64,000 nucleotides of DNA from NCBI GenBank assembly GCA_963810935.1, contig CAWEPK010000003.1, positions 32,001-96,000 of the forward strand, read 5' to 3'. This document shows, piece by piece, positions 46,814 through 55,798 of the stretch. The notes below the pieces were generated by a model. The model ran no database searches. It worked only from the letters and a program-made list of their open reading frames with translations, and had not been told where the DNA came from. Both the position numbers and the translations under genes were made by a program. How positions within the stretch are numbered: the first letter of the stretch is position 1; the number at the start of each line of letters is the position of its first letter. This DNA comes from an uncultured delta proteobacterium. Its GTDB lineage: Bacteria; Desulfobacterota; Syntrophorhabdia; Syntrophorhabdales; WCHB1-27.

Positions 46814-47893
46814 CTACCTCTCCGTGCAGCTTATGCACGGGTCGATTGTGAGGATGATGACCGGCACGTCGGCCACCTGGCTTCCTTTAAGCATCCGGAC
46901 CATGCCGGGCAGGTTGGCGAACGTCGGCACCCTGACGTGGAAGCGCTCCAGAAACTTTTCCCCGTTGCCTTTGACGTAGTAGACGACCTCTCCCCTCGGC
47001 TGCTCGACCCTGCCGAAAAACTCGCCCTGGGGCGCGCCGGTCACCCGCACCTCGACAGGTCCGGGGGGCGTTTTATCGACTGCCTGTTTTATCAGGTCGA
47101 TGGCGGCGAATATCTCCTCGATCCGCACCCGGCAGCGGGCGTAGCAATCCCCGCCCCGGACCGTTACAGGCGTAAAAGTGAGGTCTTTGTAGGCGGCATA
47201 GCCGAGCAGGCGGGTGTCGGAAGGAACGCCGCTAGCCCTGAGCATGGGGCCGACCATGCCGAGCGCGTAGGCCTCCTCTCCCGATATCACGCCGACCCCT
47301 TCAAGGCGCTGCCTGACGGAATAATCGTCCAGGAAGACACCGGCCAGCTCCCGAATCTCCGGGGCGAGGGCGGTAAGCCTGTCGCAGACCGCGCGGAGCA
47401 TCGAGTCTTCGACGTCCCGCCTCACGCCGCCGATCCTGACGCACCCGAAGATCATCCTGCCCCCGGCAGTCGCCTCTACCATGTCGAGTACGTGCTCCCT
47501 CAGCCTGAAGGTATGCATAAAAAGGCTCTCGAAACCGAGGGCGTCCGCGGTGAGGCCCAGCCAGAGCAGGTGGCTGTTTACCCGCGACAGCTCGGCCCAT
47601 ATCGTCCGCAGGTATTGCGCGCGGGCAGGGACCTCGATGCCCATGACCTGCTCGACCGTCTGGCAGTAGCCGAACCCGTGGGTATAGCCGCAGATGCCGC
47701 AGATGCGCTCTGCGACAAAGGTGTAATCGACGAAGTCTTTCTTCTCGATCAAGCGCTCGAGGCCGCGGTGCTGGTAGCCGATAACCGGAAATGCGTCCAC
47801 GACCGTCTCGTCTTCGGTGACCAGATCGAAGTGGATCGGCTCCGGCAGCACCGGGTGCTGAGGCCCGAAGGGTATGACGCTTTTTTCAGCCAC
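46814..47893 (-). CDS. echE: Ech hydrogenase large subunit
   Basis: PFGPQHP, ERICGIC, DPCISCTER*. Confidence 0.94.
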   Translation of the reverse strand: MAEKSVIPFGPQHPVLPEPIHFDLVTEDETVVDAFPVIGYQHRGLERLIEKKDFVDYTFVAERICGICGYTHGFGYCQTVEQVMGIEVPARAQYLRTIWAELSRVNSHLLWLGLTADALGFESLFMHTFRLREHVLDMVEATAGGRMIFGCVRIGGVRRDVEDSMLRAVCDRLTALAPEIRELAGVFLDDYSVRQRLEGVGVISGEEAYALGMVGPMLRASGVPSDTRLLGYAAYKDLTFTPVTVRGGDCYARCRVRIEEIFAAIDLIKQAVDKTPPGPVEVRVTGAPQGEFFGRVEQPRGEVVYYVKGNGEKFLERFHVRVPTFANLPGMVRMLKGSQVADVPVIILTIDPCISCTER

Positions 47894-48354
47894 CGGCCCC
47901 TTCCTTGAGGCGCGGTGCAACCCCTGCGCCCTCTTCTTCCTTCTCGGGTTCGGGGCCCTTACGCCTCTTGGCCGCCTTCGCTTTGCGCGCCTGCGTCGCC
48001 TCAGCCACCCGCTCGATGGAGAAGGGCGCGGGGACGGCAGTCCGGTAAAGCGTACCCCCGTAGTCTACCGTCATGTTCTCGACGTTTATGCCGAAAAGGT
48101 CGTGAATTTCGTTCTCGTAGAGGAATGCGCTCTCGTAAATGAGGCTTATGCTCGGCAGGCTTTCCCCCGGCGCAAGATCGAAGCGCAGGGTAGCCAGGCG
48201 CATCTCCTTGTCGAAGGAATAGTTCATTTCGTACCGGTCGGGCAACGTGGTCGGGCTTATCTGGACAAGCCGCCAGCCGGAGGCGCGCATGGCAGCGATG
48301 CGCCCAAGCAGACTCGCCCTTGGTTATCCTGACTGTTTCTTGTTCCTCGATCAC
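47886..48354 (-). CDS. echD: Ech hydrogenase subunit D; +1 frameshift at 48312
   Basis: MIEEQE...RLVQI...YSFD...YENEIHDLFG once the extra base is removed. Confidence 0.87.
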
Positions 48355-48789
48355 TGTAAAGCCTCTCGATGTCCGCCCTTTGCTTCGAGTGCGGCCGCCG
48401 CCTTGAGCAGGCCGTCGATGACCGCCTCCGGCCTTGCGGCGCAGCCCGGCACGTAGATGTCGACGGGCAGGGCGACGTCTACGCCGCCCAGGATGTTGTA
48501 AGCGTTATGGAAGACGCAGCCCGAAGTGGCGCAGAGGCCGACCGCAACTACGACCTTAGGGGCGGCCATCTGGTCGTAGAGACTGCGCAGCACACCGGCG
48601 TTATCCGGGTTGACTGCGCCTGTGACCAGGAAGATGTCCGCGTGCTTCGGGTTGCCTACGTTCAGGACGCCGAACCGCTCCGGGTCGTACCTGGGGCCGA
48701 GGGCGGCGAACAGACTCCAGTACGCATCCGTTGCAGCTCGTCGCGTTGTAGTGAAATATCCAGGGGGACCGGCGGCGGGCGCGCATCAT
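48351..48789 (-). CDS. echC: Ech hydrogenase small subunit; +1 frameshift at 48714
   Basis: RSPW...SCNGC, GNPKHAD, GLCA, PGCAARPE once the extra base is removed. Confidence 0.88.
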
Positions 48790-49688
48790 TGCCTTCCCAT
48801 GACGAACGGCAGGACGGTCAGGTTCGAGACCGCCGCCATGACGGTGAAGATCCAGGTGGAGGCGAACGTCGCCTGCCACCGCAGCCTCGCATGTGTGTTG
48901 TCGATGAATACCTCCAGGAAATAGGTGAGAAGGGTGATGACTACGCCTAAGACAGCGTTGAAGGAGAAGAACAGGTAGACGACCGACATGAGGAGAATAT
49001 CTTCGTACCAGTGGGTTATCTCGATAAGTGCCAGATGTGGCCCTGAAAACTCGGTGGAGAGGCCGCTTACGATTTCCTGGTGTGCGTGGCGCGACATCGA
49101 AAGGTCGAAAGGCGACTTCCGCAGCTTTATCGTCAGCGCATAGAGATAGGCGGCAAAGATGCCGGGCAGGTAGGCGATGAGGTAGACGTGCCTGGATGCG
49201 CCGTAGATGCCCGTCAGGTCGAAACTCCCCGTCACCACGTAAAAGCCGATGGCCAGGATAATGATCGCCGGGTCGTAGGCCATCATCTGTATCAGCTCGC
49301 GCTCCGCCCCTATATGCGAGTACGGCGAGTTTACGCAAAAACCGGCCAGGGCAAAGAAGAGGGAAGCGAGGGTAAGGGCGAAGACGACCAGGAGAAAGCT
49401 GCCCCCCGAAAAGAAGAGGCAGCCCGTAAAGACCATGAACAGGAAAAAGAGGATGACAAAGAAGTTCTGCACCCGGTTTACGGCAATCCGCTCCTTGCGC
49501 AGCAGCTTCAGCACGTCATAGAACGGCTGGAGGACCGGCGGCCCGACGCGCGCCTGCATCCATGCCGAGACCTTGCGGTCGAGACCGGCCAGAAGGCCGC
49601 CCGCGAGCGGCGCAAGGACGATATAGGCAAACGCCCGGAAGAAGGCGGCCGCATCCTGCTCTGCGGGGAAGGCGGCGGGCAGGCTCAT
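48786..49688 (-). CDS. echB: Ech membrane subunit B (NuoH-like)
   Basis: RVGPPVLQPFYD, KLRKSPFD, HQEIV. Confidence 0.92.
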   Translation of the reverse strand: MSLPAAFPAEQDAAAFFRAFAYIVLAPLAGGLLAGLDRKVSAWMQARVGPPVLQPFYDVLKLLRKERIAVNRVQNFFVILFFLFMVFTGCLFFSGGSFLLVVFALTLASLFFALAGFCVNSPYSHIGAERELIQMMAYDPAIIILAIGFYVVTGSFDLTGIYGASRHVYLIAYLPGIFAAYLYALTIKLRKSPFDLSMSRHAHQEIVSGLSTEFSGPHLALIEITHWYEDILLMSVVYLFFSFNAVLGVVITLLTYFLEVFIDNTHARLRWQATFASTWIFTVMAAVSNLTVLPFVMGRQ

Positions 49689-51586
49689 AGGAGAACAACC
49701 CCGAACATGATGATCGTGCAGAAGCCCGCGGCGAGCAGGCCGGCCGGCAGAAGGCGCGACTCGTCGAACTGGCGGGCCAGGTAGTAGTTGCGGGTGCCTG
49801 CCTCGATGTGGGCGCCCCGTGCGCCGAGGAAAGACCGCCTGCCCGTGTTGCCCCCTGAAAGGTAGATCCCGACAAAGCGGTAGCGCTTACGCAAGGTCCG
49901 GTAAAAGAGACCGAGGGGGAAGATGATCAGCAGGCTCGCCATGATGCCGACGATCATATAGAGGTTGAACGGCTCGACGGTAGTGCCCGTCCCGTAGGCC
50001 GTAACAATGTACGGGTCGATCAGCACGTCCGTGATCGCCGGAAACAGCAGGCAGGTGGCGATAGTGAGGCCCGAAAGGGCTGCCATTGCCGCCCATTCCC
50101 ATATGCCGACGGACCCCTCCCTGTTTTCCGACCGCGTCCTCACCATAATGAGCTTCCCCATCCATTTGGCGTAGAAGAAAAGCGTGGCGCCGCTCCCGAA
50201 CGCCAGGATCACCCCCAGGAGCGGATGCGTATCGACCAGGGCCTTCAGGGTTACAGCCTTGCTTATGACGACCCCGAACGGCGCAAGGAACATGCCTGCG
50301 AGGCCGATGTTCATCATGACGGCGACCTTGGGCATCTTCGTGATGAGCGAACCCATATCCTCGATGTCTCTGCTGCCCGTGCGTTGCTCCACGACCCCGA
50401 CGCACAGGAAAAGCAAGGATTTTGCGACTGCATGGAAAATAATCAGCAGGAGGGCGGACCAGGCGGCCTCATATGTGCCGACGCCTGCGCACATCACGAT
50501 AAGGCCCAGAGTCGATATCGTCGAATAGGCGAGGACGCGCTTCGCGTCGCTCTGGGAAACTGCGATGAGGGAGGCGAAAAGGAAGGTAACGCCGCCTATG
50601 AATGTGAGGCTTACGCCTGCGGGCGTGTTGTTGAGGACCGGGGAGACGCGCAGGAGCAGGTAGACCCCCGCTTTTACCATAGTGCTCGAATGAAGCAGGG
50701 CGGAGACGGGCGTGGGTGCGACCATAGCGGCAGTCAGCCAGGGGGAGAAAGGCATCTGGGCTGATTTCACTATGCCCGCAAAGGAAAGGAAGACCGCGGG
50801 CAGCAGAATAGGGGCCGCCGAGCGTGCTAGGATCATGCGGTCGAGCTCCGTTATCCCCATGCGGCCTAGGTAAAAGATGGCCACAGAGAAGGCCAGGCCG
50901 CCCAGCAGGTTCATCCACAGGGCCCTGAAGGCCGCATCGTCCGATTCCGCGTCGCCGTTGTAGCCGATCAGGAAAAAGGAACAGAGGGTCGTGACTTCCC
51001 AGAAGAAGAGCATCCACCTGAGATCGTTCGAGAAAACGAGCCCGAACATGGCCGATATGAAGAGGTAGAGAAAAAAACCGAAGATCCGGCGACGGTCTTT
51101 GGCCTCCGGGTGGTCCGCATGGTGGCGGGCCATGTAGCCGATGGCGTAGCTCACGATAAGGGCGCCGAGGATGCCGACCAGGAGGGCCATCATCACGGAG
51201 AACTTGTCTGCGAAAAGCTGGCGGCTTCCCCGGAAGGCGCCGGCAACAGGCAAGGCAGCTTCGAAGACAACGGTAAGGCAGGCCATTACACCGCCGAGGG
51301 CGGAGATAAGGTAGCGCTTCCCCGTAAAGCCGAGATACGCAACGAGGAGGCCGAAGGCGAACTCTGCGCCGGTAAGGAGACGGCCGATAACGGGCTGATC
51401 TATTGCGAAGAACAGCGGGTCAGGGCCGGCCTCCAAAAAGAGCAGGACCGCGCCCCCTGCAATAAGGACGTTGGCGATGGAGAAGACCATGCGGCGGAGC
51501 CTTCCGAGCGGCACGGCGAGGCTGCACAGCGAGACGAAAAAAGGGAAGGCGATGAGGAAGACAAGGACGGGCAGTATGCTTCTCAC
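49685..51586 (-). CDS. echA: Ech antiporter-like membrane subunit A (NuoL-like)
   Basis: WEVTT, KSAQMPF, APTPVSALLHSSTMVKAG, KRVLAYST. Confidence 0.92.
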   Translation of the reverse strand: MRSILPVLVFLIAFPFFVSLCSLAVPLGRLRRMVFSIANVLIAGGAVLLFLEAGPDPLFFAIDQPVIGRLLTGAEFAFGLLVAYLGFTGKRYLISALGGVMACLTVVFEAALPVAGAFRGSRQLFADKFSVMMALLVGILGALIVSYAIGYMARHHADHPEAKDRRRIFGFFLYLFISAMFGLVFSNDLRWMLFFWEVTTLCSFFLIGYNGDAESDDAAFRALWMNLLGGLAFSVAIFYLGRMGITELDRMILARSAAPILLPAVFLSFAGIVKSAQMPFSPWLTAAMVAPTPVSALLHSSTMVKAGVYLLLRVSPVLNNTPAGVSLTFIGGVTFLFASLIAVSQSDAKRVLAYSTISTLGLIVMCAGVGTYEAAWSALLLIIFHAVAKSLLFLCVGVVEQRTGSRDIEDMGSLITKMPKVAVMMNIGLAGMFLAPFGVVISKAVTLKALVDTHPLLGVILAFGSGATLFFYAKWMGKLIMVRTRSENREGSVGIWEWAAMAALSGLTIATCLLFPAITDVLIDPYIVTAYGTGTTVEPFNLYMIVGIMASLLIIFPLGLFYRTLRKRYRFVGIYLSGGNTGRRSFLGARGAHIEAGTRNYYLARQFDESRLLPAGLLAAGFCTIIMFGVVLL

Positions 51587-51661
51587 GGGGGAAAGACCCT
51601 TCCAAGAACATAAGTACTGTAAGGGAAATCTGCACCGGGCGGGCAGGGACGGCTCTGGCCC

Positions 51662-52273
51662 TCAGTTGACGGCGACGGCTGATTTCCGGATCGGTCCCGT
51701 ATATCCGTCGATTGTACTCACGATTATCAGGACCCATCGGTCCGAGCCGTCTTCCTTCAGGAGGGCGTAGTTGTACCCCCGCATCATCCCGGTCACCGCG
51801 TCTTCGGAAACGAGGCCGGAGGATGGGGTGGCGATCAGCCCGCGCCCTCCGCCTGCGTCTTGGGCGGCGGCCGCGGCAGATTGTTCCGGCGTTTGGGAAG
51901 TTACGTACCCGGGCGGCGGCTTCTCCATACCCGCGACTGCGGGGCTTGCCCCAGGCATAGGTGGGGCGGGCGCTGCAAAAACAATGGGGCGCACGATCTT
52001 CCGCGGCGCGGCGGCCGTACGGACATGGCGGCTTAAGGCAGTCCGCCCGTACGCGTGCCTCACCCTCGCCTTATGGCGGCCCACGAATTTCCGGTGACGG
52101 TTATGTTTCTTTCGCGCGTTCAGGGCGTGCCGTTTTTGCCCATAGGAATGGTCAGCCGCGCGCCGCCAGGTTGCCGTAGTGACTTTCCGGCTCTTGTGCG
52201 CCGCGTACAGCTCAGGGCAGCACAGGAGGCAGCAGACTGTCAGTATGATGGAGAGCAGGGCGACCCGTCGCAT
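51662..52273 (-). CDS. Hypothetical exported protein with a basic His/Arg-rich low-complexity region
   Basis: Signal-like MRRVALLSIILTVCCLLCC, basic segment, Pro/Ala linker, short globular C-terminus. Confidence 0.6.
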   Translation of the reverse strand: MRRVALLSIILTVCCLLCCPELYAAHKSRKVTTATWRRAADHSYGQKRHALNARKKHNRHRKFVGRHKARVRHAYGRTALSRHVRTAAAPRKIVRPIVFAAPAPPMPGASPAVAGMEKPPPGYVTSQTPEQSAAAAAQDAGGGRGLIATPSSGLVSEDAVTGMMRGYNYALLKEDGSDRWVLIIVSTIDGYTGPIRKSAVAVN

Positions 52274-52334
52274 CGTTTTGGCAGGCTTCACGCGTCCCCC
52301 CTTTCGCGGCAGCAAGACCGGCGAGCGATAGACC

Positions 52335-52351
52335 TGCGAGAACCGTGCCAA
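52335..52351 (-). promoter_or_regulatory. Putative sigma54 -24/-12 promoter
   Basis: TTGGCACGGTTCTCGCA (GG-N10-GC), about 60 nt upstream of the hypothetical gene. Confidence 0.5.
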
Positions 52352-52438
52352 ATGGTAAGAATTGGTTATTATTTGGAATTTCTGATTTAGCCGGCCCGTG
52401 AAGTGTAAAACGAGGGGACGAACCTGTAAACAATATGG

Positions 52439-52591
52439 CAATTACTGGGGTTCAGCACCCCCTCACCGGGCAAAGCCCGGCGAATCTCCCCGCTCGTAAA
52501 AGCAAACTATCTCAGGTGGAGATGGCGGGATGCAATTACTGGGGCTCAGCGCCCCCTCCACGAGCAAAGCCCGTGGAGCCTCCCCCCTCGC
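52439..52591 (+). repeat. Two tandem REP-like repeats (52439-52495, 52533-52591) with a duplicated tRNA 3' end between them
   Basis: CAATTACTGGGG(T/C)TCAGC(A/G)CCCCCTC... twice; GGTGGAGATGGCGGGAT at 52515-52531 equals 52643-52659. Confidence 0.8.
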
Positions 52592-52641
52592 AAAAGCAGG
52601 ATGGCCCCATTAGAGTTGACGATAATTTTCGGAGAAATGTA

Positions 52642-52716
52642 TGGTGGAGATGGCGGGATTCGAACCCGCGACCCCCTCGTTGCGAACGAGGTGCTCTCCC
52701 ACTGAGCTACACCCCC
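52642..52716 (-). tRNA. tRNA-Ala (anticodon CGC)
   Basis: 75-nt cloverleaf GGGGGTG...CCTCG-TTCGCAA-CGAGG...TTCGAAT...CATCTCC-ACCA; G3:U70 Ala identity pair; encoded CCA. Confidence 0.97.
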
Positions 52717-52734
52717 ACACAGGAGAATTATATC

Positions 52735-53616
52735 CTATTTCATTATGGAGTCCAGGTCAAGCTCTCTGATGAATGCGCAAAGATCTTCCCGCACTTCCTT
52801 GTGGTGCAGGCCGCAGTAGAGGTTCGCCTTAATGAAGCCTGCCTTGTTGCCCGCATCGAAGCGCAGCCCCTCGTATTGAAGGCCGAGGAACGGGTTTGTG
52901 ACGAGGAGCCGCCGTATGGCGTCCGTAAGCTGTATCTCTCCGCCCGCGCCCGCGCCTGTGTCACCGAGTACGGTGAAGATTTCGGGGGGCAGCACGTAGC
53001 GGCCGATTATGGCAAGGTTGCTCGGCGCGTCTTTCATGCTGGGCTTTTCGACCACGTCTTTTATCGCGTAGAGCCTTTCCCTTACCGGCTCCGGCGTGAT
53101 TATGCCGTACTGGGGCGCTGCCTCTTTCGGCACGGCCTGCACGGCTATAACGGGCTTGCCGAATTCATCGAAGACGTCAAGGAGCTGTCGCAGGCACGGC
53201 TTTGTTGCGATAATAAGGTCGTCGGGCAGGAGAACGGCGAAGGGCTCGTTGTTGATAAGGTTCCGCGCGCACAGTACGGCATGGCCCAGGCCCATCGGGT
53301 ATGATTGCCTCACCGAGACGATGCGCACCAGGCCGGAAAGCCCCCTGATCATGTCGAGAAGCTCGGCCTTCTTCTTGTTCTCGAGGAACAATTCGAGCTC
53401 TGCGCAACTGTCGAAATGGTCTTCGACGGAGGCCTTCTGCCTTCCCGTGATGAGGATGATCTCTTCTATCCCGGACTCCGCCACCTCTTCGACGATGAAT
53501 TGTATGAGGGGCTTATCCACGACAGGGAGGAGCTCTTTCGGAACGACTTTGGTTGCGGGGAGCATGCGCGTTCCGAACCCGCCCGCCGGGATAATGGCCT
53601 TTCTCACTTTATGCAT
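52735..53616 (-). CDS. galU: UTP-glucose-1-phosphate uridylyltransferase
   Basis: KAIIPAGGFGTRMLPATK..PKE, GLGHAV, VEKP, GEIQLTD. Confidence 0.95.
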   Translation of the reverse strand: MHKVRKAIIPAGGFGTRMLPATKVVPKELLPVVDKPLIQFIVEEVAESGIEEIILITGRQKASVEDHFDSCAELELFLENKKKAELLDMIRGLSGLVRIVSVRQSYPMGLGHAVLCARNLINNEPFAVLLPDDLIIATKPCLRQLLDVFDEFGKPVIAVQAVPKEAAPQYGIITPEPVRERLYAIKDVVEKPSMKDAPSNLAIIGRYVLPPEIFTVLGDTGAGAGGEIQLTDAIRRLLVTNPFLGLQYEGLRFDAGNKAGFIKANLYCGLHHKEVREDLCAFIRELDLDSIMK

Positions 53617-53618
53617 AT

Positions 53619-53978
53619 CTATGCCCCCAGGACGTTTTTGATGGTCTCTTTCAGTTCTCGCGTGTCAGCAGACTTTACTACATATGCATCGGAGACCCAA
53701 CTGGAGAAATCCTGCTGGTATTCGCCGTAAGCCGAGCAAAGTATGACCCGCTGGTCCTTGTTGAGCTTCTTTATCTCACTGAGCGTCTGTATGCCGTCCA
53801 TGCCCGGCATTTTGATATCGAGCACCACAAGGTCGAAGCTGCCTGTCTGCATGACCTCGAGGGCCTCGAAACCGTTCGAGGCGAGAGATATGGTGTAGCC
53901 TTCCTCTTCAAGCTCTTCCTTGAACAGGAGCCTTATGTGCTCTTCGTCATCGACCAGCAGGATTTTTACGTTTTCCAT
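53619..53978 (-). CDS. Single-domain response regulator
   Basis: LVDDE, LDIKMPGMDG, VVKS. Confidence 0.9.
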   Translation of the reverse strand: MENVKILLVDDEEHIRLLFKEELEEEGYTISLASNGFEALEVMQTGSFDLVVLDIKMPGMDGIQTLSEIKKLNKDQRVILCSAYGEYQQDFSSWVSDAYVVKSADTRELKETIKNVLGA

Positions 53979-54031
53979 GGCTTTCCACCCCTATTTTTTG
54001 ATGGGCCGGCCCAAAAGCGGCCTATCCGCCT

Positions 54032-55798
54032 TCATGCCTGCCCGCCCGGCGTTACGGGTGCGCCCGGCCCTTCCGCGGGTTTTTCCTGGCAGGGAAGGTG
54101 CACGATAAACAGGGCGCCCTCCCCAGGCGTGTTCTTTACTTCGATGTCGCCTCCGTGATGGACGACGATCTTGTTTGCGATCGCCAGCCCGAGCCCTATA
54201 CCTTTCTCCTTTGTCGTAAAGAACGGGTTAAAGATGTTGTCGAGGAAGGCGGGCTCGATGCCGCCGCCCGTGTCCCTGACCGATATGGCGAGGAACTGCT
54301 TGTCGGCCAACATCACCCGCTCCGTGGTTACTGTGATGGTGCCTCGCCCGCGCATAGCCTCGAAGGAATTCATCAGCAGACTTATGAAGACCTGCTTGAT
54401 CTGCTGGACGTCGCAGAAGGCGAGGGGCAAATCGGGCTCGTACTGCTTCGCGATCTTTATTGCCGACCAGCTCTTGTCGGACGAGAGGAGGTAAATGATC
54501 TCGTCGAGCAGGCTGTTGACCTCGCACTTCTCGAAAAGGAGCGACGTCTCTTTGACATAGTTCAAGATTTCGGTGAGTATCGCCTCCAACCGGGTGACCT
54601 CTTTGGTGATGATCTCGACATATCTGTTCTCGGCAGGGTCGAGGCGCGCCGTTTTTGCAAGCCGCTTCGTGAAGCCCCCGATTACGACGAGGGGGTTCTT
54701 TATCTCGTGGGCGATGTTCGCCGTCATCTCGCCCAGGCTGCGCAATTTTTCGTTCTCGATCATCCGCCTCTGCGCGTCGCCTAATTCGCGCAGCGCATCC
54801 CGCAGCTTGATGTTTAGAAGCGCGTTATCCAGGCCGCTGGAAATGTAATTGGCAATCATTCCAAGGAGATACTGGTCCTGCTGCTCGTTTGCGACGTCCC
54901 TTTGCTCGACCTTCCTGCCTAACGTGATGGTGCCCAGTATGCGGTCCTTGGCCGCGATCGGGGCGGCCAGGATCGTGAACGCCGCAGCCGCCTGCGCGCC
55001 CCCTTCGTCCGCCTGCACCTCGGAGAAAGAGACGGGCCGGTTGAGGCGCGAGGCCTCGCCTTCGAGGTGGAGGACGCGGCCTTCGATGCTCCCGGCAATG
55101 CCGCCCGATGTAAAGCGCTGGCCGTTCAGTTTCATGAAGGCGAGGTCGAGCTTGATCGTGGCGAAAGAGGCGTTAAGGGCCTTCGACGTAATGAGCGCGA
55201 TATTCTCGAGAATCGCCGAAGGCTCCATGGTGGACGTCAGGATGCGGCCCAGCTCGGAGAGGGTAGCCAGCTCGGTGATGCGTTTTTTCGATGAGAGGAG
55301 GAGGTCGTAGGTGCGGAATATGCCGCCCAGCTCACGGGCGAGGATGGCCAGGACGACTTTCTCGCCGGGGCTGATCGCCTCCCTCGCGGAAGAGGCCGCA
55401 AGGAGAACGCCATACAGGAAGCTGTCGTCGGACAGCGGGATGAAGGCAAATGCCTTGTACCTGGGCAGGATGTCGTCCAGATGGGCATAGAAAAGGCAGC
55501 CAAACCGGGGCGGCACGTCCTTCAGGGTGAAGAAGAGGGGCGAGCGCTTTTGCGCCACCGTGCCGACAACTCCTTCTCCAACGTGGCAGCGGTAGTCGCC
55601 CAAAAGGCCGAAGAGCGCGCTCGTGCGGTTGGTGTACCTGCACGAGAGCCGCTTGTCCTTATCGAGGGTGTAGATAACCGCCTCGTCGAAGTGGAGGTCG
55701 GTCGAGACGAGGTTGAGGATGGCGTTGATGCGCGCCTCTATCTCCAGGTTTGAATGGGAGATCTCGATGACCCTGCCGAGAATGCTAGCGAAATTCAT
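54032..55798 (-). CDS. GAF-domain sensor histidine kinase (NtrB-like HisKA)
   Basis: GEGVVG GAF; AHEIKNPL, NPFFTTK, GLGL. Confidence 0.9.
   Translation of the reverse strand: MNFASILGRVIEISHSNLEIEARINAILNLVSTDLHFDEAVIYTLDKDKRLSCRYTNRTSALFGLLGDYRCHVGEGVVGTVAQKRSPLFFTLKDVPPRFGCLFYAHLDDILPRYKAFAFIPLSDDSFLYGVLLAASSAREAISPGEKVVLAILARELGGIFRTYDLLLSSKKRITELATLSELGRILTSTMEPSAILENIALITSKALNASFATIKLDLAFMKLNGQRFTSGGIAGSIEGRVLHLEGEASRLNRPVSFSEVQADEGGAQAAAAFTILAAPIAAKDRILGTITLGRKVEQRDVANEQQDQYLLGMIANYISSGLDNALLNIKLRDALRELGDAQRRMIENEKLRSLGEMTANIAHEIKNPLVVIGGFTKRLAKTARLDPAENRYVEIITKEVTRLEAILTEILNYVKETSLLFEKCEVNSLLDEIIYLLSSDKSWSAIKIAKQYEPDLPLAFCDVQQIKQVFISLLMNSFEAMRGRGTITVTTERVMLADKQFLAISVRDTGGGIEPAFLDNIFNPFFTTKEKGIGLGLAIANKIVVHHGGDIEVKNTPGEGALFIVHLPCQEKPAEGPGAPVTPGGQA

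Noticed and set aside
52439..52591. Mini-CRISPR array
   Set aside because: Only two imperfect copies, members of a dispersed family; no cas genes
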